From positions 32,755,351-32,809,400 of the forward strand of contig NC_068985.1 in assembly GCF_001194135.2 (NCBI RefSeq): a stretch of DNA of 54,050 nt, in the 5' to 3' direction. This stretch comes from Octopus bimaculoides. Its lineage: Eukaryota. Made by a program: the position numbers and the translations under genes. Shown one piece after another: positions 10,196 through 22,800 of the stretch (position 1 is its first letter; the number at the start of each line of letters is the position of its first letter). The notes beneath the pieces are model-generated. The model was given only the letters and a program-made list of their open reading frames with translations, was not told where the DNA came from and ran no database searches.

Positions 10196-11019
10196 TATAT
10201 AAGGAGGGAGGGAGGGGAGAGAGAGAAACAAACAGACAGAGCAATAGTATATCCATACTGCCTATAATGCGGCTGGTAAGATTATTTTCAAATTCACACT
10301 TCCTTACTCCGAGAAAGTTTTCCATGCAATCACACTTATTGTGGTCGTAAATATGTGAAAGGAAGCAAGTTATTTTAGACTTATTGGCATTGTTAGCACT
10401 AGAGACAGAATGAATGGGTTGGATAGCAATTGTGTCAGTTGGGATTTTGTAATATTTCCTTAGGCCAGTTAAAGAAGATATTTCATTATTTGTTGTCTGG
10501 AAGTTATTGTTCAATACTCTGATTTTTGTAACAGCATATAGAAGTTTTTCAGTCTTCCTATAATTAAATATTGTTAATAATATAGCTTGGCAAGCTGTTG
10601 TCACATATCCTGTCAGACCTATCAATACAGTAGAATACAATTTCTTTATTTATCCTACCAAATTATATAGATACTATACAGTCACATATTAAAGATATGA
10701 ATGAAGTAATATCATTGTTAGTGTCATATGTGGAATTTACAATGCTCTCAACTCTAGACTGTTATACTTTATTTCTCATTTTATACTCATTTTATAACCA
10801 CTAATATAAATGTCAATAGATGTTTGTGTTAAAATGAAAAGCTTCAATCTGTGCCTTTTCTCCAGCTTTCTATTCAATTATTCCTCCCTTGAGATGAATC
10901 TCTCTGGAATTTCTTTCTACCTATCATCTAGCATCCTAAAGTACAGACTAAACATCAATAGTATAACAATTTTGCCGAAAGTAATGTGAAAATAGAAATA
11001 ACTTTTTATTAACTGACAC

Positions 11020-11820
11020 AGGTAATTCAAATTGTACACATTGGTAGATTAACTTATCCTCTATGATATCTCATCTTCTTGTTCTTCTTCATTGCAGGAA
11101 AATAATGGGTTCCAAACAGAAACAATATGGCATCATTGAGTTCTTGACTATGTGATGGGGTGCAGATGGGGTGCAGATGGGGTGCAGATGGGGTGCATTT
11201 TGTTCAAAGTCTACAAAAGGCTTACTGGCTGCTTACAAAAATGACACAATTGACAAGAGCAATGTGTACAGATAGATGAAACATAAAGAAGGGGAAACCA
11301 GCATTGAAGACAAACCACACAGTGGGAGACTATCAAATGGTCTCATGGACATGAATTGCCAGCAAATGGATGAACTGATACACCCAGACAGACAAGTCAC
11401 CATCAGTGAGCTTGCTGCACAGCTGGATTGTGTAGTCACAATGCATTTGAGAAGATGGTAGAAAGCATTGGGTTCTAGAAAGTGAGTTCAAAGTGGGTAC
11501 CATAGCAGCTGACATTCAATTTGAGGGACAGCAAAATGAAAGTCTGTTCTGATCTGCTGGGAGCATATGAAATTAATGAAGATGTGTTTTTTTTCCTTGT
11601 TCTAGTAACAGAAGATGAAATGTGGAAAGCAGTGCTTGGAATAGTGCCACACCTCTTCTCCAAAGCTCAAGTAGTTCAAGTGCCAATGGTCTGCACAGAA
11701 AGTCATGGTTACTGTTTTTGTGATAACAAAGCTGTCATTCTCTTTGATTTTCTGGCATATGGCTGTACAATGAACAGTGAGTGAAGTACTGAGACGTTCA
11801 GAAAGCTTACAGAAGCTTGA
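11020..11820 (+). mobile_element. Mariner transposase relic
   Basis: ATG at 11105 gives MGSKQKQYGIIEFLT, then GETSIEDKPHSGR..DELIHPDRQVTISELAAQL, VTEDEMW (first catalytic D region) and CDNKAVILFDFLAYGCTMNSE; frameshifted. Confidence 0.85.
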
Positions 11821-11821
11821 A

Positions 11822-12345
11822 TAAGAATAGGATGGAGAAAATTCAGAGAGCTATTTCCTTTGTTGGCAAAAAAGCCTCTCTGTCAGAGTGAAAGGCAGAT
11901 TGTATGATGCTTATGTACAAATGGCTATGTTCCATGGTAGTTAGACATGGGCCCTAAATGCAGAGGATATGCAAAGACTGGAAAGGAATGAAGCTAGTGT
12001 GCTCTGATTGATGTGCAACATCAGAGTGCATATATGATAAAGTGCATATTTATTGAGAGAAAAGTTGGGCATAAGAGGAATCAGATATGGCATTCAAGAA
12101 AGAAAACTATGATGGTTTGGACATGTGATACATATGAATGAAGATAACTGAATAAAGAAGTGCCAATCACTTAAAGTGGAGGGCATTTGAGGAAAAGAGA
12201 GATCCCGAAAGACATGGGATGAAGTAGTGAAGGCCAATCTCAAGATATTGAGCCTCATGATGGAGCTGACAATGGACTGAGATCTCTGGCAATATGAGGC
12301 TCTTGAGAAGACCTACCCACCTCAAAGAAACTGAGTTCTGGAGCA
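11822..12345 (+). mobile_element. RTE LINE 3' ORF fragment
   Basis: RIGWRKFRELFPLL..RVKGRLYDAYVQMAMFHGS*TWALNAEDMQRLERNEAS; same family as 250-1157. Confidence 0.85.
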
Positions 12346-12574
12346 ATGTGTATCATGTATTCTTTATCCACACATTACATTAATTCATCTCCTGCCCCAG
12401 CGAACCAAATTACATTTCATCATACCCTACACTTGTCTCTCTCTCTCTCCTGTCCTCCCATTGCCAACTGTATCATTGCTTTCCTACCATTTCTATATAT
12501 AGCCATGTTTACTACTCACTGCATTCTCCTTCCCTTAACCTGTCTCTTACTCTCCTTTTGCACTCTTTTGAGTT

Positions 12575-12850
12575 CCTTTCATTTCTTTCAAGCCTTCACA
12601 TGTCCCCTGCAGTCACAGCCCATGTTTCACTACCATGTAGCATAGCTGTTTGTACACAAGTATCATACATTCTCCTTTTCACTCTGAGGGAGAGGCCCTT
12701 TAATACCAACAAAGGTAATAGCTCTCAAAAGTTTGTCCAGCTGGATCTAATTCTAGCAACTATGCTTTCAGAGCATTCTCCTCCATTGCAAATTAGACTG
12801 CCTCAGTAACAAAAACTATCTATTACCTCTAAGGATCCTTCTGGGCATTA
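12575..12850 (-). mobile_element. RTE LINE fragment
   Basis: Reverse-complement match to the 990-1150 segment (cagtcacagcccatgtttcact.ccatg.agcat.gctgtttgtacaca...actctgag.gagaggcccttt). Confidence 0.85.
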
Positions 12851-13518
12851 GAAGAAACCTTTTTGTGACCTCTGTCTCATAATAATTCAGTCACTTAACT
12901 TCAGAATTTAAGCAAACACAAAAAAAGGTCATTCTAAGCAGTTGTGTTTTATTTCCAAAAGAGACTCAACAAGGGAAAGCAACTTTAGCTCTCAGCTTTT
13001 ATTCAAGGGAGATGAAGAATGACATTTTCCAGAACCATCACTATTTCAACACAATCATCAACACCTGCCACCTATGGCCATTAATTGCTATATCAAGTTA
13101 GCATGTCAGACTTGTAAATGCTTTCTGATGAGCCATTTCACCACTGTTACACAAGTGCACATATACTTTTAACAATCTGACATTTTCGAAATACTGCTAA
13201 ATAAGCACATCACATGCAAATCAGTAGTTCAAACATTAAATTTTTAAACATTTGCAAATAAACATTTATAATAACATAGACTTGTTAACTAATCCTTTCA
13301 CTTGTCCACACATCTGTCTATATCCATTTACACTGGTGATTTTGCAAAATCCTTCCCTCTATACACATTTGTTTACATCAACTGACAAATCACAAGGTTT
13401 ACAATTAATGACTATTTACACTTGTTCACAAAACTACAAATGTAAACAAACATTTTCATTTCTCCTAATATTCCAACAGAAATTAAACCAGACTATTAAT
13501 ACTTTGATACAGATAGTA

Positions 13519-13740
13519 TTAACTTTTTAGTGTTCAGATTATGCTGTCAAATGTTATGTTTATTTATTTACATTGATTTGAATTAGTCATGTATTATCTT
13601 GTAGCTTTCAAATTTCAATGATGTGATTGTGTAATTTTAGAAGGACATTAGTGAGTAAGATGCTGGATCTGGCTAGTTTGAACATAAGACAGATAGAAAT
13701 TTTGGGCCTGTTATGGCTGGACTAAATACTAAAGGGTTAA
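13519..13740. mobile_element. piggyBac-type MITE (~220 bp, TTAA-flanked)
   Basis: TTAA-cttttagtgttcag...actaaaggg-TTAA; homologous to 37174-37399. Confidence 0.65.
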
Positions 13741-15044
13741 ACAAAATGTGACAAGGGTTTTAAACATTTTGAAACTGTGGTAAGTTTGATACTCAAACTG
13801 TGCTGCTGAGAACATGGGGTTATCCTTTGAATTTCGACTATGAACTTATAAATATACCTTGCTATACTAAATTTATAAAATGCTTATGATATATGATGTA
13901 TTAACGGTTTCAAAGTTTTGCACAATGCCTGCAATTTTACAGGTAAGGTGTTAGTTGATTACATTGATGCCAATGCTCAATCGGCTGTTATTTTACCTAC
14001 TCTGAAAAGCAAAATCAGCCTTGGTGGAATTTGAACACAGAATCTTAAGAGTCAGAAGAAATGCCATTAAGTATTTTGATAATGCACTAATGATTCTACC
14101 AGCTCACCACCTTTATATACAGTGTATAAATAATTTTATATTGGTTGTCAAACTAACAACAATTTGCAAATTAAATTTCCATATGACAGTAAACTGTCTT
14201 TTTCTTGGCATCATATTGATGGAGATAAATGAACTCTGGTGAGTACTAAATCATATCAAAAGCTGTAATAAAGTTTACTATGTGTGTCATGAAAATCTTG
14301 GAGTATATCCATTAAGTTTCATTATGCAGAAAGTTTGTAAATGTTGAAATAGTATAAATATACTTTAGTATACTGAATATCTTTTATACGTTTATGCATA
14401 TCACAGTGTCTAATTTCTGTTTAACATTGAACAATGTTTTGATAGTGGCTTAAAGAAAGCATGAAATATATATTCTTTGTTTATTCATTTCTGAGGTAAT
14501 TCAATTTATGTATGCTTATATTTATTCTGTATTGTGCCTTCCTGCAAGAAAATAAATAACCATACAAATGGAACAACATTATTATTTTCCTTTAGGCAAT
14601 TGATATTATCTGAATTGATACTTATATTATCCTCCTGGTCTTAACCTAGATAGTGGTTACATCTGTTACAGAAAAATAAATTAAATTTGTGTGTGAGTGC
14701 ATGTATTTGTGTATGTTTGTGCATGTGTGTGTGCACATGCATGTACATGCATACATGAATTCCTCTGTTTTTATGCATATGTATCTGTATGATTACATAT
14801 TGTAGCTATAACAAAAATGATTTTATATGCAAATTGTGCAAGTGGATGAAATTTTTATATCTCACAAAGAGGACATTGACTAGCATGTTGCATTTTCTTT
14901 CTCATAATGAACTGTTATGTTTGTGGAGAAGATTTCACACACAAATTTTTTATAGCTGAAATGTTGAAGAAAAATATCATTGTTTGCTTTAGCAGAGGAC
15001 CAAACTTTGGTCTGTCACTTCCCTGAAATTGTATTGCTTAAAAA

Positions 15045-15565
15045 GTATTGGTGTGGTCATTAAATTAAAAGGTTTGTTTCATAATCACAGGGTTTCTGGT
15101 TCAATCCCCCAGTATAGCACCCTGGGAAATGTCTTCTACTGTAGCCTGAGATTAATCAATGTCTTGAAAAGGAAATTTTGTAGATAGAAACTGTGTGAAA
15201 ACCTGTCAAATGTGTATGTGTATGTATATGTGTGTGTGTGCATGTGCATGTGTGTGTATGTGTGTGTGTATGTGTGCACACATGCTTATGTGTATGTGAG
15301 ACAGCATGTGTGTGCATGCGAGTGCATGCATGTGTGTGTGTGTGTGTGCATGTGCATGAGCGTGTGTGTGTGTCTATGCATATGTATGTCAATATCTGTG
15401 TTTATGCTGTGCCTCTTTATTTTCACATAACTTAGTAGTTCAATAAATAGAGATCAATAACATAGGAACCAGGCTGTATTGGAATTGACGTGATCAAATG
15501 AACTCAGTGAAAGTGGTGTCATAGCATGACTACAGTCCAATGACTGAAACCAGTAAAAGAGTAAG
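15045..15565 (+). mobile_element. tRNA-derived SINE family A with an expanded (TG)n
   Basis: Head ggtgtggtcattaa..gggtttctggttcaatcccc and tail agtccaatgactgaaaccagtaaaaga. Confidence 0.75.
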
Positions 15566-16609
15566 AATTTCTTTTTTGAAGTTTGTACTAATTAATGAGG
15601 GAAAAGAAGTCGTGTTCTTGGTCCCTGTCACATGCTTACTGGCATAGGTATAAGAAACATGGAGGGTTAGAACAAGACATATCCAAATATGTTCCTAAAA
15701 ACTATTCTGAAAATCTAATTTAAACGCTAATCATATAATTAAATGAGATGTCACAACAATGACAAAATATAAAAAATATATTGATTCAGTAACAAACAGA
15801 AATAATATTGAGAAGTTTAAACAGAACATTTCTTGTAAATGATTTTTATTGATGAGGCATGATAAAATTGATATCAGCAACTACCATCAAAATGATTATG
15901 TATTTCCGGTTAATGGATAGTTTGGCACAAAATCAGTCCTATATTGGACAAAAAAAAAAAGACAAAAGAACAAAGCAAACAAACAGGTGAGGACAATACC
16001 CAATGAAATAAATATTTCAGAAATTGAAGATAGAATAATAATTGGGAACAAAGAACCATGAAGAATAGCAGCTGGCTAAGTCAACAAAATATCAATTTAT
16101 TGACTGAGGGGTTAATAGTCCATATTCATTGCCACCACCATGCTTTGAACTTGGCAAAGTCATTTAATATATAATGGTATAGATAACTTAACTATAAAAA
16201 GGAAATATGAGGTGATACAGTTGTTTGTTGTAAGCAACTGAATTTTTTTTTCTTATAATAATTTGGTCTGGAAGAATAAGCTGTACCTCATGGCCCTTGC
16301 AGGCCCTTTGGGATCAGTGAGATTGATTTCATTAACATTCTGCTTGAGCTGTTTGCAAGTAAATGACTGCAAGAAAAACATGTGCAAGGAGGGAATTCCA
16401 GAAGACCGACATTTTGAGAAGGTAGGTTTAGGTAGGATGGTTAATGTTAAGCTTGTGGTGGAAAGAGGTAGACATATACACATGATGAGAGGGAGAGAGA
16501 TGAATGAAGTGACATAAGACCAACTGGTTTTAAAAAGAAATGTTCACTATAGGAATGGTAGAAAAGGCTGAGAGAAGAGCCAGAGGTTGGAGTGTTTGTT
16601 TGTGTGTTC

Positions 16610-17480
16610 AGAACAACCTGTCAAATTACCTTTCTTTATATGCAATCTATTATATTTGAATGTGTATAGTAGCAGCACCATCCCAGGTTTATGTGCAGTA
16701 CCCCAATGTAGGTCTTCCTTGACTTTTGTATAGGGTTAGTAGTTACTGGAGGTGGTGGGGCTGAAGTATTTTCTGGATATGAAGAAGGTCAATCATTATA
16801 ACATTGAGAATGTGAGATCATCAGGAGAGATCATCAGTGGTGGTAGGGGTCAAGCTTTTGAAACAATCATAAAGGTTTTTGTTTTTCATGACAAGAGGGG
16901 TCAGATGCAGCAGATGTCTTGATATGTGCAGTGATTGTGTTTTTATTTTTTGTTGTTGAAAGAAGCAAGGTTTGCACGATCCTACTGGAAGATGTTCTCC
17001 AGATTTCTATTTAGGGATTCAACACAAATTTCACATAAGATCTAGATTGCTTATTGATGATGCTTGGGTGCAGAAAGTTAGCAAACAATGAAAAATAGTA
17101 TTACATGCATAGATGAGGACATTGTTTGAGGTGACTGAAAGCAGATGAGTGGGAGAGGATTAAACTGAGCTGTGGGACATATCAAGTTCAATGGAACATA
17201 GATCACAGAGCTCCAACAGCACATACCACAATAGTGAGATCTGAGAGAAAATCACAGATCAAAGCGATGTGAGCTGGACAAAGGCTGTAGGTAAGCAGTC
17301 TTACTTGTCCATATGACTTGTGCTTACTGGGGAACTAGTCACTGGGAGATGAGGATACAAGATTAGCCACCAACTTCTAGAGCTGCATCTAAGGGCATTA
17401 CTCATGGGGCTAAGACCTAGGCCTCTTTGGAAGTAAGTTTTAAACAAGAAACCTTTTCCTGGAAACTCTGTCAAAGGTAC
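16610..17480 (-). mobile_element. CR1/L2-like LINE RT and C-terminal relic
   Basis: Minus strand reads ..LICDFLSDLTIVV..YVPQ.. and LYKSQGRPTLGYCT*TWDGAATIHIQI (for LYK.QVRP.LEYC..W.GA). Confidence 0.65.
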
Positions 17481-17759
17481 TCATGCGAGAAGAGTATGTT
17501 AGCAGTATGTAAGATTTACTAATTACAGACACTGAAGTAGTGGGTTAAATAGCAATTCATAAGATGTGGTTTCCACTTTTTCATTAAAAGTGTTATAAAT
17601 AAAAAAAAAAATGGAATGGAACGAAAAATAAGATAAATCCACTCAGCAAGATCCACAAATACATCCTGTTCCTCGCTAAGTCACACAGGTTCTTTTTTTT
17701 TTTTAATCATTAATCCATATATGTACTAATGTGTCTATAAGGAAGATTATTTTCTCTAT

Positions 17760-18330
17760 TGCCAGTCAGAAGGTCATCATAACTGTTTAAGAGGTTCAAA
17801 TTAAAAAAATATCAAATAAAATTGCTTATAACTTTCAAGAAAAACTTTATGGTGTTGTTGTTGTTGGTGGTGGTGGGCATGATTATTTGTCCATGTTTCA
17901 CTAGTCAAAATATTAGATCATTCATTCTTTCTTATGAAAGTGCTACTGTTTGATAATTTGCGGAAGAAAGTTTATAAAAGTATTTTCCTTCCATTTATAT
18001 AACAATTAAAACACATCACAGATTAATCAACATAATAATGCCACTGGTCATTCTGCTAAATTATCCAAAATGCTTCTCCAAGATCATGAAATTGAGATTT
18101 TCTTTTGGCTGAAACAGTCTCCAGCTTTGAAACATATTGAACATTTTTGGCAGATCATTAAGTCAAAGCTGGATTAAAAATTTTTTTTAAAGCAAGAAAT
18201 CTTTATTTGTGGCAGTTCATAAAGAATAGTACAAATTAGAACCAACATTGTTGTAGAAGCTTGCCAACAATATAATTAAAAGGATTAAAAACTCGAAGAT
18301 AATTATACCAGAAATATTGATCATAACATT
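17760..18330 (+). mobile_element. Tc1-like transposase relic
   Basis: QHNNATGHSAKLSKMLLQDHEIEIF(F)WLKQSPALKHIEHFWQIIKSKLD, matching the Tc1 QDNA..H..WP.QSPDLNPIE..W motif. Confidence 0.7.
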
Positions 18331-19639
18331 TTGATTATGAACAAAGATAAATTCTCTTTCATCAAAATCTTAATACAAGAAATGGTTTGATTTCAATGAA
18401 TACTAAAAAAAAATAAAAAAGAATTTTGCAAGTGTTCCAATTTTTATGATCGCAAGCAAAGTGATAAATATGTGATTTAAGTTATGTCGGTGGATTTTTT
18501 TTTTGTTTGATCTCAAATTGGTATTTGCAAAGGTATTGTGTTTAATGTGTGTGCTATATGTGTGTGTATATCTATGTATGCATGAGAAACAAAAAATTAA
18601 ATAACAATTATGATTTTTAATCTTTCATCAATTCCTGAAGGATAAAATGAAAGACAAAGTTAACCCCAGGAGGATATGAACGTACAGTAAAACAATTCTG
18701 TCAGACATTTATAGTTTTATCCTTACATTGTACTACTTCTTTCATTTTTCTGCCTCTTCTTGTATAAACAATATTAATTGATATGCATGAATAAACAATT
18801 GCAAAACAATTTTTTTTGGATGGGATGGTGAAGTTTTATTTTTAGCCGGTCGAGTGACCACATCGGGGCTTGCTTGTTATCAAGACTACAGAACAACAAC
18901 AGCAGCAACTTAAACACCACCATATATATGTATATACTTTGGGTATGGTAGATGATTTCAGCAAAAATTTAGATTCAGATGAATATGGTACTTAAGTTGA
19001 GGCAGAAATTAGTACAGTATTATCCATGCAATTTCAAAATAAAGTGATTAAAATCAAAATAAGCAACAAGGATAGCCAGAGGTAATTCAGTACGATTGTT
19101 TCATGCAACTCCATTTAATTGAACAATGCAATCATTACATCAATTTAAAAGCAGAACAATCCTCAGCTGTACAAAGACATAGAATTTAATTAAATTAAAA
19201 CAGATGGACACCTTAGTATAATTATACCTAAAATCTCCAAGAAGGTAAGGAGATAGACAAAGAACATGCTGCCTTCACTCCAGCATAGAAGCTACTAAGG
19301 AATCAAGAAGATATACATTGTTACAAACTCTGCCTGTCACTGATTTTTTGTTTTTATGGGGTCAGTTTTAATTTATAAACTAGTTTATCAAATCCTTGTA
19401 TATCTAAGGCTGAGAGAACAAAGGGGCAGTATCTGTTAGGGGTAGGGCTGAGGGAGCAGACAGAAATCATAGTTGGTATAGTCATAAAAATCAAGATTTA
19501 TTAGAAGCAATATCATGAGGTTTGGTAAAGGAAAACTTAAAACAAGATGTTAGTTGACAATTAAGGGGGTTACCCACTAGCAGACCATTGATAATGAAAC
19601 AGGGGAAGTCTTATCAAGTAGTACTATAGTTAAAATATT

Positions 19640-20775
19640 TTAAACAATGTTGTTTTATTGTATACAGTTAAAGTTTAGGGTTATTCAGGGGATTATTAAG
19701 AAGACTATTATAACAAAAGGATAGAAATTTTTGAAACCTTTAGAGTATATACCAAACTTTTACCACAATAGAAGGAAGAAAAAGAAATTATCCAGAAATA
19801 GTTTAATATTTATACATATTATACAGTTACATACTAACTCATCAGATGGTATCTGTGAGTATTGATTAATTGGTATATACTGGTATTAATAAAGGAGTAT
19901 TGAGGTAAAAGAACATGCTAATTATATATTAATAAAATTATAATCTAAGCAGTTTTTTTGTAAGTAATGAATATACCGGTATAGTTTTATATAAGCTATG
20001 TATGAATTTATAGAGGTACAATAATTAGATTAATTTTATAAATAAATAAAGGCTAATTATAAAGTAATAAAGAAATAAAATAATCAAGTAGGGCAGAACA
20101 CCATAGAAAAGGAATAAAATAGCTTAATCACTAAAACCATGATAAAGTATATGTAGCTTATTAACACCAATAGAGAAGATTTATAGAAAATGTATAATAA
20201 TTCAAAATATTTTAGACTAAAAATTATATACTTACTTATTTAGCTAATATCAATAAAAGACTAATACCTGGTATCAGCTAAAGGAATATTTAAGTTATGG
20301 GACATTCATATTTTACACTAAATTTTTTAAAACTAAGGGTTATATTTTAGGTTTAAGAAGTTATTATTGTTACTCCCTACATGATATTTATAGTTTCTTA
20401 GTGGTACTTGTTTAGAAGGGTTATTTATATAAAGGCCCTTATAAATATTAAGATCAGGAGGGTAGAGCCATTTAAGAAAGGGATAAATCAAGTAATTCCT
20501 AAAGATCATTTCAAACAGTATTGTCTAATTGTATAAAGTTAAAATTTTAGGGTAATCAAGAAGATTATTAAGAATGATATTATAACAAAAGGATAAAACT
20601 TCTTTGAATATTTTGAGTATATACCAAATTTTATCACAATAGAGGGAGGAAAAGAAAATTACAAAGAAATAGTTTAATATTTTTTACTTATTATTTATCT
20701 AAATAGTAACTTATTAGATGGTTTCTATGGAGATTGATCAATTGGATTTAACTGGTATTTAACAAGGGAGCACTT
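19640..20775. repeat. Diverged direct repeat (~19640-19905 vs ~20510-20775, offset ~872 bp) in a TpA-rich island
   Basis: Aligned blocks include gattattaagaa...tattataacaaaaggata, gagtatataccaaa, agaaatagtttaatatt and agatggt.tct.tg...attgat.aattgg. Confidence 0.85.
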
Positions 20776-20859
20776 ACAAACCATGTTTGCTGCACTTACA
20801 AACTATGTTGTTGTCTATGTGCTTATTGAACTATTTTACCATTAAGATTGGAGGAGGTC

Positions 20860-21480
20860 AATTTACTGTTGGTATTTAGGAAATGAAAGCCAAAATGATA
20901 TACAACCTATCATTGTTGTCATCTCTGCAAGCCTTCTTTTTATTTGCTACAATTGGTGACTCCAATGTTTGAGCAAAACAGTCATGTTTTTTAAATTAAC
21001 AATTATATTTAAATCACAAATGGTGATCTGAATTCTTCAAATAGGCATTCTGTTTAATTAAACAGACATATTTCTGATTGAAAAACACAGCACTTGTTAA
21101 CATATTTTTGTGTGATCAGGCAGCATCTTTCTTACAAATTCACTAACAATTTTCCACATTGTTCTACTGCTTTATTTATGGTACCATCTATTATCATAGT
21201 GGTAATAGTAAATGAAGATATTGCTTTAACTTAATTATTACCACTATAGTATCGTTCTGCCAGTTTTTCAGCCATAAGCTTAAGTCTGTTTTTCTTCTCA
21301 CAAGCTCAGTTTGAAGTCAGTTTTCTGATACATGAGATATCACCAAAGGTTACATTTTACACCTCTGTTACCACTTGTTTCAGTCAGAAATAATAGTTAC
21401 CAACTATGATGCAGCAATTATCAGTCATGAGGAACACTAATTTATTCTGTGTCAATACATCAGTACCTCAGCCTCTTAAA
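20860..21480 (-). mobile_element. Possible hAT transposase relic
   Basis: Weak by-eye similarity on the minus strand: MTDN..IIVGN..LKQVVTEV and KQNAYL..DH; many stops. Confidence 0.35.
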
Positions 21481-21949
21481 TGAAATGTCTCAATGTCAAA
21501 AAATATGATAGAGAAAAAATGAAACAACCAAATCAGTAGAATCATGACTGTAACTACTGGTGTATGTCAACAGAATATCTCAGATATGATTTTATATTCT
21601 GTTAATTTTTCCCATCAATGGAACAGTTTATTTGTTGCTTTCTTTTAAGTTGTTATTTATAAGTTCAACTTTTGAATTATTTTTACACATTTATTTTCCA
21701 AGTCTATCAACCAAGTAATTCCTTGTAATTTTATTCTTTCTGGGAAGTTTTTTATGTGTTCGATTTTGATATGTTTTACAACATACCTAGAGCCATGAAC
21801 ACAGGCACAATACATGTAACAACTACATTATATCTAGCTGATCAGCAATACTTTGCTGATCTCCTAAATTTGGTCACAATAAAACCTTCTGGTGGACAGG
21901 ATGTGCATCTAGAAGTGAAAACTAACCTCACAGAATTTTAACTCATAGA

Positions 21950-22109
21950 GGCAATTTAGGTTCTCTAATGTGGTAAGGCTGCTGGAAAGCAGGACATTCA
22001 GCCTGAGATGTTTAAAGTCTTAAATAATGAAGGCATTCTCTGGCTGACTCATGTGTACCCAGTGGTCCAAGCATCAGAAAAGGCACTAAAGCAATGGCAG
22101 TCTGGGGTG
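21950..22109 (+). mobile_element. RTE LINE fragment (early RT)
   Basis: GKAAGKQDIQPEMFKVLNNEGILWLTHV...KQWQSGV (for GKAAG.D.I.PEMLK...W.TGV). Confidence 0.7.
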
Positions 22110-22132
22110 GAATATTCAAAATGTCTTGAGGA

Positions 22133-22490
22133 TTTTAGAACGCTGGCATTTCACACAAGAGTATGCCCAAGCAGTGATCATACAGTGCATATTAGGCCAG
22201 AAAAACCAAGCCGTAATAAGCTTCACCAAGGTAGCAATGCCAGGATGTGACAGTGGATGCAAGGTATCAAAGACAGAATGCTGGTTGTTCGCAGGTACAA
22301 ATGGTCTGGGAGAACCAGTAGCTGTGTCAGCAGGCAGAAGTGGAAGATAGGCAAACTTGCAACAGGACAGCTTGGTGGAAGTTAGATCCAGTGTGTCCAG
22401 AGCTGGCTGATCCTGCGCAATGGCAGTTAAATCGATTGCAGCAGGAGATGAATGAGAACACACAGGGAGACGAGAGACTGTAGCATAATC
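22133..22490 (-). mobile_element. Ty3/Gypsy pol fragment (integrase HHCC zinc-binding region)
   Basis: DTATGSPRPFVPANNQHSVFDTLHPLSHPGIATLVKLITAWFFWPNMHCMITAWAYSCVKCQRSKI, i.e. H-x3-H ... F.WP.M ... C-x2-CQ. Confidence 0.88.
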
Positions 22491-22544
22491 CTCCACCACT
22501 GCCACCACCACCACCATCATCATCATTTGTTGCTAGCAGGAGTA

Positions 22545-22800
22545 GGAGTTCCCTGAACTTTGCTCAGCTTAATCTTATTCTCACAGCTACACTCTCAGAG
22601 CATCTGCCTCTACTACTAACTTGGTCACCAAAATAATGGAAGCTATCTACTACTTGTAGCTTGTCTCCCTGGCAGTTGATAGAGTCTATTTTCTGCACAT
22701 TTTCAGCATTTATTGTATCTATGCATCTTCCATATACAAAAGCTAGTTTTCCTGTTAACCTTCCTCTGATATTGCTGCACCTTCTATGTGCCAAAAGCTT
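22545..22800 (-). mobile_element. RTE LINE fragment
   Basis: CQGDKLQVVDSFHYFGDQVSSRGRCSESVAVRIRL (for L..V..F.YLGD..S..G.CSES). Confidence 0.8.

Noticed and set aside
10146-10640. 164-aa minus-strand ORF
   Set aside because: Its end is the RTE tail and microsatellite read antisense; the remainder has only faint APE-endonuclease-like words (DTIAIQ). No supportable call.
18943-19760. ~270-codon plus-strand frame readable with TAA/TAG as Gln
   Set aside because: It has about 16 TAR and 2 TGA codons, close to chance for this AT content, and the product resembles nothing I recognise. Not called as a gene; only the paralog-based periodicity is reported.
19190-20790. Specific NUMT assignment (cob, cox2 or nad3-like hydrophobic stretches)
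   Set aside because: Diagnostic motifs (e.g. nad3 FD.E, cob WNFGS) are absent; the similarity is only compositional.
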